A stretch of 64,000 nucleotides of DNA from a bacterium (GTDB lineage: Bacteria; Zhuqueibacterota; Zhuqueibacteria; Residuimicrobiales; Krinioviventaceae), in the NCBI GenBank assembly GCA_963674595.2, contig CAXXFV010000023.1, positions 864,001 to 928,000 of the forward strand, given 5' to 3'. Below the pieces are notes generated by a model. The model ran no database searches, was not told the origin of the DNA, and worked only from the letters and a program-made list of their open reading frames with translations. This document shows positions 10,138 to 20,133 of the stretch, piece by piece. Position numbers and translations under genes: made by a program. The number at the start of each line of letters is the position of its first letter. Position 1 is the first letter of the stretch.

Positions 10138-10620
10138 TTATGTGTCCCGTTTGTGCTGAAGGCAAACACGGGGAGAACTCCAACCTGAGCTAATCAAGTC
10201 GCAGTCACTACGAGACTGGCATGCTGCTCTTTCTATCTCTCTAGGTTTTCCAAAGAGGAAGTATCCATAAGAAACTATGAATCCAAGGTGAAGTACATAT
10301 ATTACAGGCCAGCATGAAGATTGAAGGGGAATCCCATAAAAAAAATTCAATGATATTTTATACAGAAACAGCAGGACAAAGAGAGTAAACAGGCAAAGAA
10401 CTATTGCCCGCCTGGCCACAGATCTTTCAGAGTCCCTAGCGAAGAAAGAAAGAACACCAGTGCAGATGACAAATATCCCCATACATCGGGCAATCAGATA
10501 AGAATCGCCGGCTGCATTAAAACCCACCAGCGAACTGCATAAAGTCGGAAAAAATATAAATCCTGCCCCAAAAAGGTATGAATAAATGTAGTTCACGGTA
10601 AAAACTGTCTTTAACCGCAT
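10138..10620 (-). CDS. Small integral membrane protein (about 4 TM), hypothetical
   Basis: Four hydrophobic segments; AAGGGGG RBS-like; possible compensating insertions near 10305-10330. Confidence 0.65.
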   Translation of the reverse strand: MRLKTVFTVNYIYSYLFGAGFIFFPTLCSSLVGFNAAGDSYLIARCMGIFVICTGVLSFFARDSERSVARRAIVLCLFTLFVLLFLYKISLNFFYGIPLQSSCWPVIYVLHLGFIVSYGYFLFGKPREIERAACQSRSDCDLISSGWSSPRVCLQHKRDT

Positions 10621-10657
10621 GTCGACACCCCCTTAAACAGACTATTTTGTTAATAAA

Positions 10658-11194
10658 TCACTCAGCGGCGGCATCAGCCCTACTAATCCTGAATTTAGTA
10701 ATATTCACAGTTTTTTTATCAAGGCTAAGGTTGGCATAAACCATTTTGGTTTTTAACGACGCGTTTATAATTCCTCTAGCATTCATACCGGCAATAATCT
10801 TCTTTTCCGGCAACAGATTCTCGAGAGACTTTTTCCCTGCATCACAGCAGAAGCTGATTACTGCATCACAGTCCTTACATTTTTCAATAATCTTCTTGCG
10901 ATTTCTTTCATCTAGGACACACATGGCGACTACCGGATACTTGCCAACCCAGAAATTCGCTTTCAAACCCTTTTCATTCAGGACCTTGACCAGTCTCCTG
11001 ACCTCCTTCTGCATTGAAACCGCCCTGAAACCTGTAGGGGTAAGTGTAAGCATCGGCGAATCTTCAGGGGCTTTTTGAAAATAAAGACTTATATTCGCGC
11101 AGACTGGACAACCGAGCAGAACAACCTCTCTTTCGTTTTCCACGTCGCTTAAAATTTCTGTGTCTGAACGGGGTTCACAATAGATCATGCCCAC
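10658..11194 (-). CDS. Cys-containing hypothetical protein resembling the N-terminal part of MetV-like proteins
   Basis: LLGCPVCAN and AVISFCCDAG motifs; family assignment by recall only. Confidence 0.5.
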   Translation of the reverse strand: MGMIYCEPRSDTEILSDVENEREVVLLGCPVCANISLYFQKAPEDSPMLTLTPTGFRAVSMQKEVRRLVKVLNEKGLKANFWVGKYPVVAMCVLDERNRKKIIEKCKDCDAVISFCCDAGKKSLENLLPEKKIIAGMNARGIINASLKTKMVYANLSLDKKTVNITKFRISRADAAAE

Positions 11195-11635
11195 CCTCCT
11201 CTGTAAAATGACCGACGATGTAACCAGGGCTGCAATCAGATTGATTCTGGGGATAATCCAGACAATTATGATTTTCCAGGCAGATTAAGGAGAATCTTGT
11301 TTTCCTATTTCCCTGTTGTACTAATCTAAAAACTCAGACTATAGATCAGAGCCTTATTCAATATCTCTAGAGCTCAATTCAGCGGAAACTGATTCTGGCA
11401 GTTGAACATCAACGGCCGAGTATATGGCTGTCGCTCAAATGTCTGTTCCTTGAATGTTTCTATTTTAATTTTGGTCAACCGCATAACCACAATTATTTCC
11501 TCAAGCGATCCTGGAGAAATCTCCGGGCTGATCCCAATGACGAGTTCCGTTCGATAGATTGAGGCAACCATTAAAAAGAGATTCCTCCACACCCTGGAAA
11601 TAGGAGAAAACAAAAAAGTAATGTGTTCTACCTGT

Positions 11636-12067
11636 CTATCGTGCCGTCACTCGACGCCAGGTTTCCTCAGAAATGGTTTTATCAGGGAAAAAATATTTTG
11701 ACTTTAAGACGTCACCCTGAAGATTGAATTCCGTGCGATTCGTATACCCAATCCAGTCAGGATTTGAGCCGTTGATAATGACTTCAGTAAAGGTATTTCC
11801 CTCTACCGTATAGGTCCCGGCGTTAGCCCAGCCAAAAGAACCATCTGAATTATGACCAACGACAGCAAAATGGGTGGCATTATAAACCTTGATAGACCTC
11901 CCCTTGTCATCAGCAACAAATTCCTCAACGTTCCCATCGGGAGATGTCATTTTTATGGAAACCAGCTCCCAAGTACCTTCAAGTAATCCCGTTTGCGCCA
12001 GGATGGTTCCTGGAAGAAGAAATGAAAAAGTCAGGATCACGACTACCCCAGTTAATAATGACTTCAT
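11636..12067 (-). CDS. Secreted lipocalin-like/DUF4488-type protein
   Basis: Signal peptide; LEGTWELVS, AGTYTVEG, EETWRRV; AAGGAG RBS. Confidence 0.7.
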   Translation of the reverse strand: MKSLLTGVVVILTFSFLLPGTILAQTGLLEGTWELVSIKMTSPDGNVEEFVADDKGRSIKVYNATHFAVVGHNSDGSFGWANAGTYTVEGNTFTEVIINGSNPDWIGYTNRTEFNLQGDVLKSKYFFPDKTISEETWRRVTAR

Positions 12068-12156
12068 GGCAGTACTCCTTGTTTAGGCGGTTAATAATGG
12101 ACTTGCCCCACACTCACTCCGATCTGAACAACAGCTGCTGTTCCGCCCTGATTTGT

Positions 12157-12297
12157 GCTGCTGAGGATGTCTCGCTCCAGTTCCGGGCAGAGCTCCTCAA
12201 CGTTTTCACCTGCAGCCATTTTGAGGACCCGGTGACGAAAATCGTTGCGGTATACCGCTTCGGAAACGTGACCGCGAAAACAGGCCCCGTTACATCC
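12157..12297 (-). pseudogene. Possible degraded DUF433-like remnant
   Basis: Frame reads CNGACFRG...VLKMAAGENVEELCPELERDIL; weak resemblance only. Confidence 0.25.
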
Positions 12298-12378
12298 AGC
12301 TAGGGTTACGGTTTGTCTGATAGGTTAAACTTTCACCCCTGCTCGCGAACTAACCACTATTGTCTCCATTCACAGCGA

Positions 12379-12990
12379 TTAGGGACACTCCTTTTTACAG
12401 TTGGGATCGGCGCAGTCTATCAGCCCATCGCCGTCATTATCGTGTCCGTCGTAGCACAGTTCACCTTTTTCTGGACCTAGAACGATATCATCGCCTCCGC
12501 TGTCCGCTGGGAATGCGATGCTAAAACTCACAGATTCTTCTTCCATCAACACTAGAGGATCATCATCAGGAATATAGAGCACCAGTACCATGCTTCCAGG
12601 GTCGAAGACGACCTCGCCGTCGCTGTAGATGCCGAATCTGACAATGATGCGATAAGTACAGGTGCTTAAGTCGTCATTATCACAGTCAAAATAGAAGTCC
12701 AGCCTGCCCCCTTCAGGTCCATTATCCTTCAGGACGCGCGCTCTGCCCGAGTGCCAGCCCGCGATCTCTGTACCGAAGAGTTCTTCGGACAAGTTCAGAT
12801 CAATTTCCTCGGGAGAATAGCTCCAGACATTGGTGCCGACAATCACCTCCCCGTAGCTGCTGATGTCCAGTCTCCCATCTGGAGCCGGCCCGAAGACTGC
12901 AGGTTCAGTTTCAATCTTCTTCGGTTTGCCTGAGACGACAGTCATCGCAAAGATGGTTAACAATACGGCCGCAATACTTAGTTTTTTCAT
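12379..12990 (-). CDS. Secreted hypothetical protein with C-terminal CxDGxDNDGDGLIDCxDxxC motif
   Basis: Signal peptide; CYDGHDNDGDGLIDCADPNC, a Ca/metal-binding-type repeat. Confidence 0.7.
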   Translation of the reverse strand: MKKLSIAAVLLTIFAMTVVSGKPKKIETEPAVFGPAPDGRLDISSYGEVIVGTNVWSYSPEEIDLNLSEELFGTEIAGWHSGRARVLKDNGPEGGRLDFYFDCDNDDLSTCTYRIIVRFGIYSDGEVVFDPGSMVLVLYIPDDDPLVLMEEESVSFSIAFPADSGGDDIVLGPEKGELCYDGHDNDGDGLIDCADPNCKKECP

Positions 12991-13166
12991 GATTTTAACT
13001 CCCTATGTATAGATACATTCCAAAGGTATATCCTAGGCAAATCCGCTAAGAAGAGTCCATGCATTGGAAGTCATTTGATTGTCAACTGGTAATTTATTGC
13101 TATAAAAAGACTTACAAGGTTATATCTACAGAGGAATGAAGCCCCGGCATGTAAATCAGGAGGTTA

Positions 13167-13195
13167 TTGACTCTCTGCAGGCAGAGTGTCATACT
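13167..13195 (+). promoter_or_regulatory. Candidate sigma70 promoter with an inverted repeat in the spacer
   Basis: TTGACT-17bp-CATACT with TGn extension; CTCTGC-AG-GCAGAG palindrome in the spacer. Confidence 0.45.
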
Positions 13196-13236
13196 CCATA
13201 TTGGTTTATGATGAGTGAGGGTACCAGGAGGATACC

Positions 13237-15396
13237 GTGGCAAAAATGATCCGCTCTCCAGGATTCATTCGTTTCGGACTTTTCGAGGTAGATCTCAAGA
13301 ACCGTGAACTGCGAAAAAGGGGTTTGAAGATCAAACTCCAGCAGCAACCGTTCGAAGTTCTTGTTGCCCTGTTGGAACGCCCTGGCGAGATTGTCACTCT
13401 CGACGAACTGCGTCAGCGAATATGGCCTGAAGACATGTTTGTGGACTTCGAACACAGCCTGCGTACGGCGATTCTTAAAATACGGACGGCGCTGGGAGAC
13501 CACACTGCGAATCCTGGCTTCATCGAAACCATTCCCCGCCACGGTTACCGTTTCATTGCTCCCGTTCAAGCTGTTTCAAACAAACAGGCTTCCTCAAGAC
13601 TCGGGCCGTCAATTCGTCGGAAACTCCGCTGGTCTATACAACTTGCCACGGTAACTGCCCTCGTTTTCACAACTGTCTGGTATTTCGTATTTCGTCCTGA
13701 AGACAGACCTCCGGAGAACCTGCTGACGGCCACTCCACTGACCAGTTCGCCGGGTGGAGAACTTATGCCTTCTTTCTCACCGGACGGAAATCAGGTCGCC
13801 TACACCTGTTGTGACGAAGGTGCCTGGGTCCTAACAGGCAACTGCGACATAGTCGTCAAACTCATCGGCACGGAATCCTCTTTATTGCTGACCGAGTACC
13901 CATGGGTAGACCAAGGGCCGGCATGGTCACCAGACGGGCGGCATATCGCTTTCCTTCGTAATCCGCCGGAAGGTATGGCATCGTATTATCTGATACCGGC
14001 GATCGGTGGCCAGGAACGTATGTTGACCGAGACATTTCCACCAATGCCGCCTCCGACTTTAGGAACGGCCATATCCTGGTTTCCTGATGGAAAACACATC
14101 TCCATAATTGTCCGGGATTCTTCGGACGGTCCTCGCAAAATTGCAGTGTTTTCAGTTGAAACTGGAGAACGGCGTGCGCTAACGACTCCCCCTCCCAAAA
14201 GCTATGGCGACAAAGCCCCTGCGGTCTCACCCGATGGCGGCAGTATTGCATTTGTCCGCGAGGGGACCGGCCGGGATAATCTTTCAGACATCTACCTCCT
14301 CAAGCTTTCGGACGATCTCACCAGTATTGGTGAACCTCAGCTGCTACTCGCTAACCTCACTCAGGCAGCACTGGCATGGATGCCGGATGGAGATGCCATC
14401 ATTTTCTCGTCTGGTGGCAGCTTGTGGAGGATGGGCGTATCGGCCGGGCGAGGGGCGAGACCCGAGCGGTTGGCGTTTGGGGGCCAACAGGTCAGCGACC
14501 CCGCACTGTCGCGAGACGGGCAGCGTCTTGCTTATTCACAGGGGATCGTGCGGGAAGATATCTGGCATGTGGAGCTAACCAATACAGGCGAAGTGGCCGG
14601 ATCACCAAGAGAACTCATTTCTTCTACCCGTCAGGATGGCTATCCGCAGTACTCTCCGGACGGTATCCGAATCGCCTTCCTGTCGAACCGCTCCGGAATT
14701 CGTCAGCTCTATGTCTGCGACGCAGACGGTTCGAATCTCGTGCAGTTGACCTCGTTCGCAGCCGGGGTGGAGCTTCCCTATCCCGGTTGGTCTCCAGATG
14801 GTAAAAGCCTCTGTTTCACTGCGAATGTCGAGGGCAACCAGGACGTTTTTTGGATCGACCTTCGCCGGGGATCGCCCCGCCGCCTGACGACAGAAGCGTC
14901 AACTGATTCCCAACCTCAATGGTCGCAAGATGGGGGTTGGATTTACTTCACCACCAACCGGACTGGGGAGCCGCAAATCTGGAAAATTCCTGCCGGCGGC
15001 GGAGCAGCGGTACAAGTGACCCACAATGGTGGTGGGTGTGCCTTTGAGTCTCCAGATGGAAAATTTCTCTACTACATTAAACCCGGATCCGGAGGTGCCG
15101 AACAGCTTTATAAACTTCAGCTATCTGGTGGCGAAGAAAGCCTGGTTCTAGAAGAAGTGTTCTGGCTAAACTTCTCTATGTCTGGAGAAGGTATTTACTT
15201 TATCCCGCAGCGTGATTCCGATTGCGACTGCTACCATCTTCAGTGGCTCGACTGCACGACCGGGAAGAGCAAGCCGGTGATTGATGTCAAGAACGTTGGT
15301 GGAGGGCTCTCGGTTTCGAGTGACGGCCACTCTCTCTTGTACACAAAGGTTGTACACTTCAGCACAGATCTCATGCTGGTGGAAAACTTTCACTGA
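13237..15396 (+). CDS. CadC/ToxR-like transmembrane regulator: wHTH (Trans_reg_C) + TM + TolB-like PD40 beta-propeller
   Basis: RFGLFEVD...LRTALGD...FIETIPRHGYRF; one TM; repeated P(S/A)(F/W)SPDG. Confidence 0.9.
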   Translation: MAKMIRSPGFIRFGLFEVDLKNRELRKRGLKIKLQQQPFEVLVALLERPGEIVTLDELRQRIWPEDMFVDFEHSLRTAILKIRTALGDHTANPGFIETIPRHGYRFIAPVQAVSNKQASSRLGPSIRRKLRWSIQLATVTALVFTTVWYFVFRPEDRPPENLLTATPLTSSPGGELMPSFSPDGNQVAYTCCDEGAWVLTGNCDIVVKLIGTESSLLLTEYPWVDQGPAWSPDGRHIAFLRNPPEGMASYYLIPAIGGQERMLTETFPPMPPPTLGTAISWFPDGKHISIIVRDSSDGPRKIAVFSVETGERRALTTPPPKSYGDKAPAVSPDGGSIAFVREGTGRDNLSDIYLLKLSDDLTSIGEPQLLLANLTQAALAWMPDGDAIIFSSGGSLWRMGVSAGRGARPERLAFGGQQVSDPALSRDGQRLAYSQGIVREDIWHVELTNTGEVAGSPRELISSTRQDGYPQYSPDGIRIAFLSNRSGIRQLYVCDADGSNLVQLTSFAAGVELPYPGWSPDGKSLCFTANVEGNQDVFWIDLRRGSPRRLTTEASTDSQPQWSQDGGWIYFTTNRTGEPQIWKIPAGGGAAVQVTHNGGGCAFESPDGKFLYYIKPGSGGAEQLYKLQLSGGEESLVLEEVFWLNFSMSGEGIYFIPQRDSDCDCYHLQWLDCTTGKSKPVIDVKNVGGGLSVSSDGHSLLYTKVVHFSTDLMLVENFH

Positions 15397-15490
15397 TGCT
15401 CCGAGCAGTACCTTGTCAACTTAAAAAGCCAGTCAGCTGCATCAGCGAAAATTGCAGCATACAATCCAGTTACAAAGGCTACCAATTGTC

Positions 15491-15699
15491 TCCCGAGGAG
15501 GACCTTTCACGAGACCCTGAAAGCCTCGGCGTGCACAGCGTCTGCGGCTACTACAAAAGCCGCCTCAAGGACTGCAATGACCAGATGACACCAAGGGAAA
15601 TCGAGACTTACTGCGGCCTCAACCAGGAATCCCGTGACTGCATAGACAACGCCATGCACACCATGAAGCTTTCCGCCCGGGCCCACTGGAAATGAGATC
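15491..15699 (+). pseudogene. comM fragment (copy 3): three comM segments joined by two deletions
   Basis: Matches 7724-7781, 8070-8102 and 8312-8424; ends in the same CACTGGAA.TGAGATC junction as copy 2. Confidence 0.9.
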
Positions 15700-15762
15700 A
15701 ATGAGAGTGCGGTTTGGGAACAATCTTTAAACGTTATTATGATGTCCATAACCTGCCAGTAA

Positions 15763-17127
15763 TCAATCGAGCGTGACGAAGCCTTGGTATCCTTCCTCAT
15801 CCCAGCAGATTTCGGCTCCATAGCGCCGCGACCTGGAAGCAATCCGTGCGATGATAGACCTGCCCAGCTCCGGGTCGGCAAGGCGAGGCGTTCCGCGGGT
15901 TGAATCCGGGTCGTCACGGCGAAGATCGAGAGGCAGGAGTCGAAGCTCAAGGACGCGTCCTGCCGCGATACGGAGCGATGCCGCGACTGATTCCCATGCC
16001 TGCCGGGGCCAAAGCGTTCCAGGCAGCCCCCCCAACCTTGCCTGCCGGAGGTCCTCCGGCGCAGCGTTGTCTCCCAGCCCGTATCTTTCGTAGGTGTCGT
16101 CCGGATATCGATCGATCTGGTGGACCTGAAAGCTGAAGTTTCCGAGACAGTAGAAGATTGGTTTCCCGGCGTAGATCTCGATACCCTGGATCTCGTGGGG
16201 CCCGTGGGCAACGAAGACATCGGCCCCCGCGTCCAGGATTCGGTGGGCCAGCCCCCGCAGCCACGAACCCTGCCGGTGGGAATGCAGCGAGAAGATCACT
16301 ACATCGGCCTTATTCGCAGCCTCCCGCACCGCCGCGAGATTCCCAGCCAGGTCTGAGGGATCCGGGCGCGTCCCTGACGCTATTGAAAACCTATCGTCGA
16401 TCCGGAAATCGAAACCCGCGATCTGGAAGCGCGGGCGGCCGAACCTGCATCCGGAGAATCCCAGGGCCAGGGCTGCCCGCTGCAGCCCGGAGGCTGTTTC
16501 CGGTGGCAGAGTGAAACGCGTGTCAGAAATGATCCGCAACGGGTTGATGCCGGGTCGGCCCGCGACACCAGGCCGTGAGTTCGAGGCCAGGCCGTAGGGG
16601 GTGAATGTACTGGCGGCGGAGACTAGAGCAAAGGTGCTCTCCTGGTGCCGGAAGTATCGGGGAGCGCGGGCGGCTGGGAGATCTTCGCCGGATCCGGCCA
16701 GAACGATGCCCGCCTCCCGCACGTTCTTCAGGTTCTCGAGAACGCCCAACGATCCGTAGTCGAAGCTGTGATTGTTGGCGTGCGACACCATGTCAATTCC
16801 GGCCCACGCGATCTCTCGCGCAATCTCGCGCCGGGCGGCCAGCCACCCTCCACCGCCGTGCGCCTGGGCGTAACCATGAAAATCATTGATCACCTCCTCG
16901 AGGTTGACAAGGGTCACGTCGGCCGAACGAAGTACATCCACGAGGTCCCGAAAGGCTGGATCAGGATCCCGCGACCAGGGCTGCGTGAGGACCATGTCCC
17001 CTCCGATCAACAGAGACAGTTCATCGGGACGCGACGCTGCGGCGACAGTGTCCGGCAGCCCTTGGCTTGTGAATCCTCCTGGAAGTCCCTTGCTTGATCC
17101 TCCTCCGCGTTCCGCCGCCTTCCCCAT
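15763..17127 (-). CDS. CapA (PGA_cap) family metallophosphoesterase
   Basis: GD, NLE, ANNHSFDYG, SLHSH, GADVFVAHGPH and IFYCLGNF motifs. Confidence 0.9.
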   Translation of the reverse strand: MGKAAERGGGSSKGLPGGFTSQGLPDTVAAASRPDELSLLIGGDMVLTQPWSRDPDPAFRDLVDVLRSADVTLVNLEEVINDFHGYAQAHGGGGWLAARREIAREIAWAGIDMVSHANNHSFDYGSLGVLENLKNVREAGIVLAGSGEDLPAARAPRYFRHQESTFALVSAASTFTPYGLASNSRPGVAGRPGINPLRIISDTRFTLPPETASGLQRAALALGFSGCRFGRPRFQIAGFDFRIDDRFSIASGTRPDPSDLAGNLAAVREAANKADVVIFSLHSHRQGSWLRGLAHRILDAGADVFVAHGPHEIQGIEIYAGKPIFYCLGNFSFQVHQIDRYPDDTYERYGLGDNAAPEDLRQARLGGLPGTLWPRQAWESVAASLRIAAGRVLELRLLPLDLRRDDPDSTRGTPRLADPELGRSIIARIASRSRRYGAEICWDEEGYQGFVTLD

Positions 17128-17176
17128 ATGTCATCCTCGTCGAAAGCAAATTCTTATGTTATATCTATTAGGTCGT

Positions 17177-18592
17177 TTAGTCCTGGAGGGATGAATTTGC
17201 CTGTCCCTCTTCGTCGAAGATTTCCCGCCTCAACCTCTTTACTACGTCATCAACCTGCATGGGAGCAGTTCCCAGGTAGGTGGAGATATCAAAAAGATCA
17301 TCCCATTCGCGTTCAGTGAAGGGACTCCGTAAATCAGGTTCCTGATTGGCCAGTGTCTTCAGGGAGAGATTCTGATCCCGGGCCATCGTACAGAGATCAT
17401 GCAATTTCTGATGGATAAGCATCTTCTTTCCGGTCTTGCGGTAAAGGGCTATCATGATTCTTTCGGTAGCAACCTGGTCCAGCAGTCGGGGATTGAACAC
17501 GTTACCCCGCATTGCTTCCGGATGAATTACCAGTCGATCCATCGCCTTGTTGAGATTAGCCAGAGCCCTGGAGGTCATCAGGTACGCCCCTGGCAGTGCC
17601 GTCCAGAGCACTGGAATTCTGGTGGCGTCACGATGCCCTGTCTGCCGAACGGACAACATGGCATGGGCATAACCCTGGACCAGGCTGGCCAATCCAGCGA
17701 GGTGCTCAAGGCTTTCCGGGTTCTGCTTGTGAGGCATGGTGCTGCTCGAGTGTTCTTCCCGGTTCAGATTCACTGCTATTTCATCCACTTCCACCTGCAT
17801 CCCGTGCACCAGATCCATTGCCATCTTAGCCAGCGAGGATGAGATCCCGGCCAGTAAAGTAACGGGTTCCGAGAAACGGTCAAATCTTTCCTGGAGGTCC
17901 ATTGGGGGGACTGCCAGGCCCAACTGAATGCACATGCGGCGCTCAAGTTCGCGCGCATTGAGCGGATCCGCCAATTCAACAAAAGCACTCTGCGTGCCCA
18001 CTCCACCACTCAGGCTTCCGATTAGCCAGCGCCGGCGGGCCTCATTCAAGCGGACCCGGTGGTCCTGAACACACAAGGCCCATCCGGCGAGAACCAAGCC
18101 GAAGCTTGTAGGGAGAGCAGGCTGTTGGTGGGTGCGTCCCATGACGACGGTTTCCCGGTATTCCTCGGCTCGGTCACACAGGATCAGGCAGAGATCTGCG
18201 GATTGCTTCTGGATCAAATCATGGGCGGGGTTCATCTGCAGAACCATCCCGGTATCCATGATGTCCTGGGTAGTCGGGCCCACATGAAGGTGTTCAGCAG
18301 ACTCTCCACAAAGGTGGCGCAGGGTTTTAAGAAAGGCCACCATCAAATGCCCCACCTCCCCTTTTCGGACCAGGACCTGGTCAGGCTGAATCTGAATAGC
18401 ATCCAGAGCCTCAAGTAACTTAACACCAGGACCGGAAGGAATCATATCCAAAGCGATTTGTTCCTGTAACACAACACGTTCCACTCGCAACCAGGTATCA
18501 AGCATGGCGCCTTCGGTCCACAGTTCCCGCATTTCCTGGGTTGATACCGCTTCACGGGTCAGTAAGCCTCCGAAAGGGATTGGGTTTTCCAT
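17177..18592 (-). CDS. Adenylosuccinate lyase/fumarate lyase superfamily protein (PurB/PcaB-like)
   Basis: HVGPTTQDIMDT, GRTHQQPA, SSTMPHKQNPE signature. Confidence 0.9.
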   Translation of the reverse strand: MENPIPFGGLLTREAVSTQEMRELWTEGAMLDTWLRVERVVLQEQIALDMIPSGPGVKLLEALDAIQIQPDQVLVRKGEVGHLMVAFLKTLRHLCGESAEHLHVGPTTQDIMDTGMVLQMNPAHDLIQKQSADLCLILCDRAEEYRETVVMGRTHQQPALPTSFGLVLAGWALCVQDHRVRLNEARRRWLIGSLSGGVGTQSAFVELADPLNARELERRMCIQLGLAVPPMDLQERFDRFSEPVTLLAGISSSLAKMAMDLVHGMQVEVDEIAVNLNREEHSSSTMPHKQNPESLEHLAGLASLVQGYAHAMLSVRQTGHRDATRIPVLWTALPGAYLMTSRALANLNKAMDRLVIHPEAMRGNVFNPRLLDQVATERIMIALYRKTGKKMLIHQKLHDLCTMARDQNLSLKTLANQEPDLRSPFTEREWDDLFDISTYLGTAPMQVDDVVKRLRREIFDEEGQANSSLQD

Positions 18593-18624
18593 AACTTTCT
18601 CCTTATTAAATAAAATTCAGCGTG

Positions 18625-19830
18625 TTATTGGGCATCCGGACCGTTTCCCCTAAGTAATATTGCGATCCCACGCTTAATTTCTGCCAGAAAGGGTTTTGGA
18701 TCCTGCCATGAAGCTACGGCAAAAGCCCTGGAATGCAGGTAGGGAGCGAAAAATTCCGACAAAGTCAACCGCTCAAGGTCTCGACGAAGTAAGCTGTAGT
18801 ACAAATCATCCAGAAAGTGAATCCAGCACCCATCCCAGTCGTTGGGGCACGGGTCTTCCAAGGAACGCCCTACCGCCTCAGACCAAGCCATATGAGCATA
18901 GTTAATTCCAGCACATAAAGCAACGCCGGCCATCAGGAAACAGCGCCCGTTAAAATCAAGCAGTGAAAACCTTCCGTCGCGGGGATCACGCTTGAATTCC
19001 AGGCTTGCGATCCCGTGCCATCCCAAGCTGTCAAGCAGCTTGCGTGCCGGCTCTTCGAATCCTGTTTCTTGAGTGGGCCGGGCCACCCGGCCCACCCCAA
19101 ACTGCGGAGGACTCTTTCGCACCTTCCGGACCCGGAATGCGCCACGGATATCACCCCGGCCATCCCGGTAACAGGTGAAATTGTAGCACTCGGAATCCGG
19201 GCCGGGAATCAGGTCCATAACCCGTGCCTTGAAGCCGTATTGATCCAGCAATCCAATTTGAATTTCGAGTTCCTTGCGGTTCTTGACCAGAACCACTTTC
19301 TTTCCAAACACAGCATGGAATCGATATCCATGACAAGGTTTGAGGAGAAGTGGGAAGGTCAGGTCCGACCTCATCAACACCCTGCGGTCTGCGGACCCGT
19401 AATCTCCAGCCACGGGAACACCAATTTCTCTTGCCAGGCTGTACAGACGGTCCTTGTCCACCACAGCTCCTACTATGGACCATTCCGGTGCGGCTACGCG
19501 GTATGTTCGCTCCAAATCCACACGATGGCGGGATAACTCTTCCAGCGCCTCATCGTTGGTGGGCATCAAAACTCTCCCCTTCCAAATATCGGCCCGATCC
19601 TCAAGAAGGGCCAGCAACCGCTCCGGTTCCGCATGGAAACGAGGCACACGCACGCTTTCCTGAACATAACGAGAGTACTGAGCCATGTCAGCGTTCCTGG
19701 TAGAAATAACTGTGGAAGGAACTCCCCGTAAGGCCAAAGCCCGAACCGTGGTTAAGGCGTTGACATAACCTCCAATAACGACTGCTCCCGGTTTGGACTC
19801 CGGGGAAGTCAGCTCAGAAGGATCTCTCAT
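18625..19830 (-). CDS. ATP-grasp carboxylate-amine ligase (D-aspartate ligase-like)
   Basis: SRY, LMPTND, FPLLLKP, DLIPG, EFKRDPRDG, DFNGR. Confidence 0.85.
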   Translation of the reverse strand: MRDPSELTSPESKPGAVVIGGYVNALTTVRALALRGVPSTVISTRNADMAQYSRYVQESVRVPRFHAEPERLLALLEDRADIWKGRVLMPTNDEALEELSRHRVDLERTYRVAAPEWSIVGAVVDKDRLYSLAREIGVPVAGDYGSADRRVLMRSDLTFPLLLKPCHGYRFHAVFGKKVVLVKNRKELEIQIGLLDQYGFKARVMDLIPGPDSECYNFTCYRDGRGDIRGAFRVRKVRKSPPQFGVGRVARPTQETGFEEPARKLLDSLGWHGIASLEFKRDPRDGRFSLLDFNGRCFLMAGVALCAGINYAHMAWSEAVGRSLEDPCPNDWDGCWIHFLDDLYYSLLRRDLERLTLSEFFAPYLHSRAFAVASWQDPKPFLAEIKRGIAILLRGNGPDAQ

Positions 19831-20049
19831 TGCAGTGATTTCTCTAATAATTTTTTGTTTTTCAAAATTATCTCTTGGTAAGCAGTTCTAAAATCCTGAT
19901 TATCAAAATCTGGCCAAGAATTCAATAAAAAATCATTCCACCATTTTCCTGCTGAGAACAGTTATAAAATCTGGATGATCTGCAATTTTATTATAAAAAC
20001 AGTTGTTCACAAAGTCTCCAATTCACAAATGGTCCCACGGCATAAGTGC

Positions 20050-20122
20050 GAATCCCTCCGGACACATCTCCGAAGCCGCCAACTACCGATCGCTGGATAG
20101 GGATTATTGGAGTGGAATTTGA
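20050..20122 (+). pseudogene. comM extreme 3' end (copy 4)
   Basis: SGHISEAANYRSLDRDYWSGI* versus resident SGHLSEAANYRSLDRDYWSGF*; differences mostly synonymous. Confidence 0.9.
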
Positions 20123-20133
20123 AAGAAGAAATG

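Larger units (their letters stand above)
8650..20122. mobile_element. Putative composite genomic island at the comM 3' end; no integrase seen
   Basis: Bounded by direct repeats of comM 3' end plus REP-like palindrome (about 8487-8648 and 20050-20211), with two internal comM fragments. Confidence 0.6.

Noticed and set aside
10138-12990. Integron cassette array (small co-oriented genes)
   Set aside because: No convincing RYYYAAC...GTTRRRY attC structures and no intI; a covariance-model search would settle it.
17177-18592. argH partner for argG
   Set aside because: Motifs fit PurB/PcaB-like lyases better, and the gene lies ~12 kb away in a separate operon.
8340-20122. comM repeats as a diversity-generating retroelement (TR/VR)
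   Set aside because: Differences are not adenine-specific, are mostly synonymous, and no reverse transcriptase is present.
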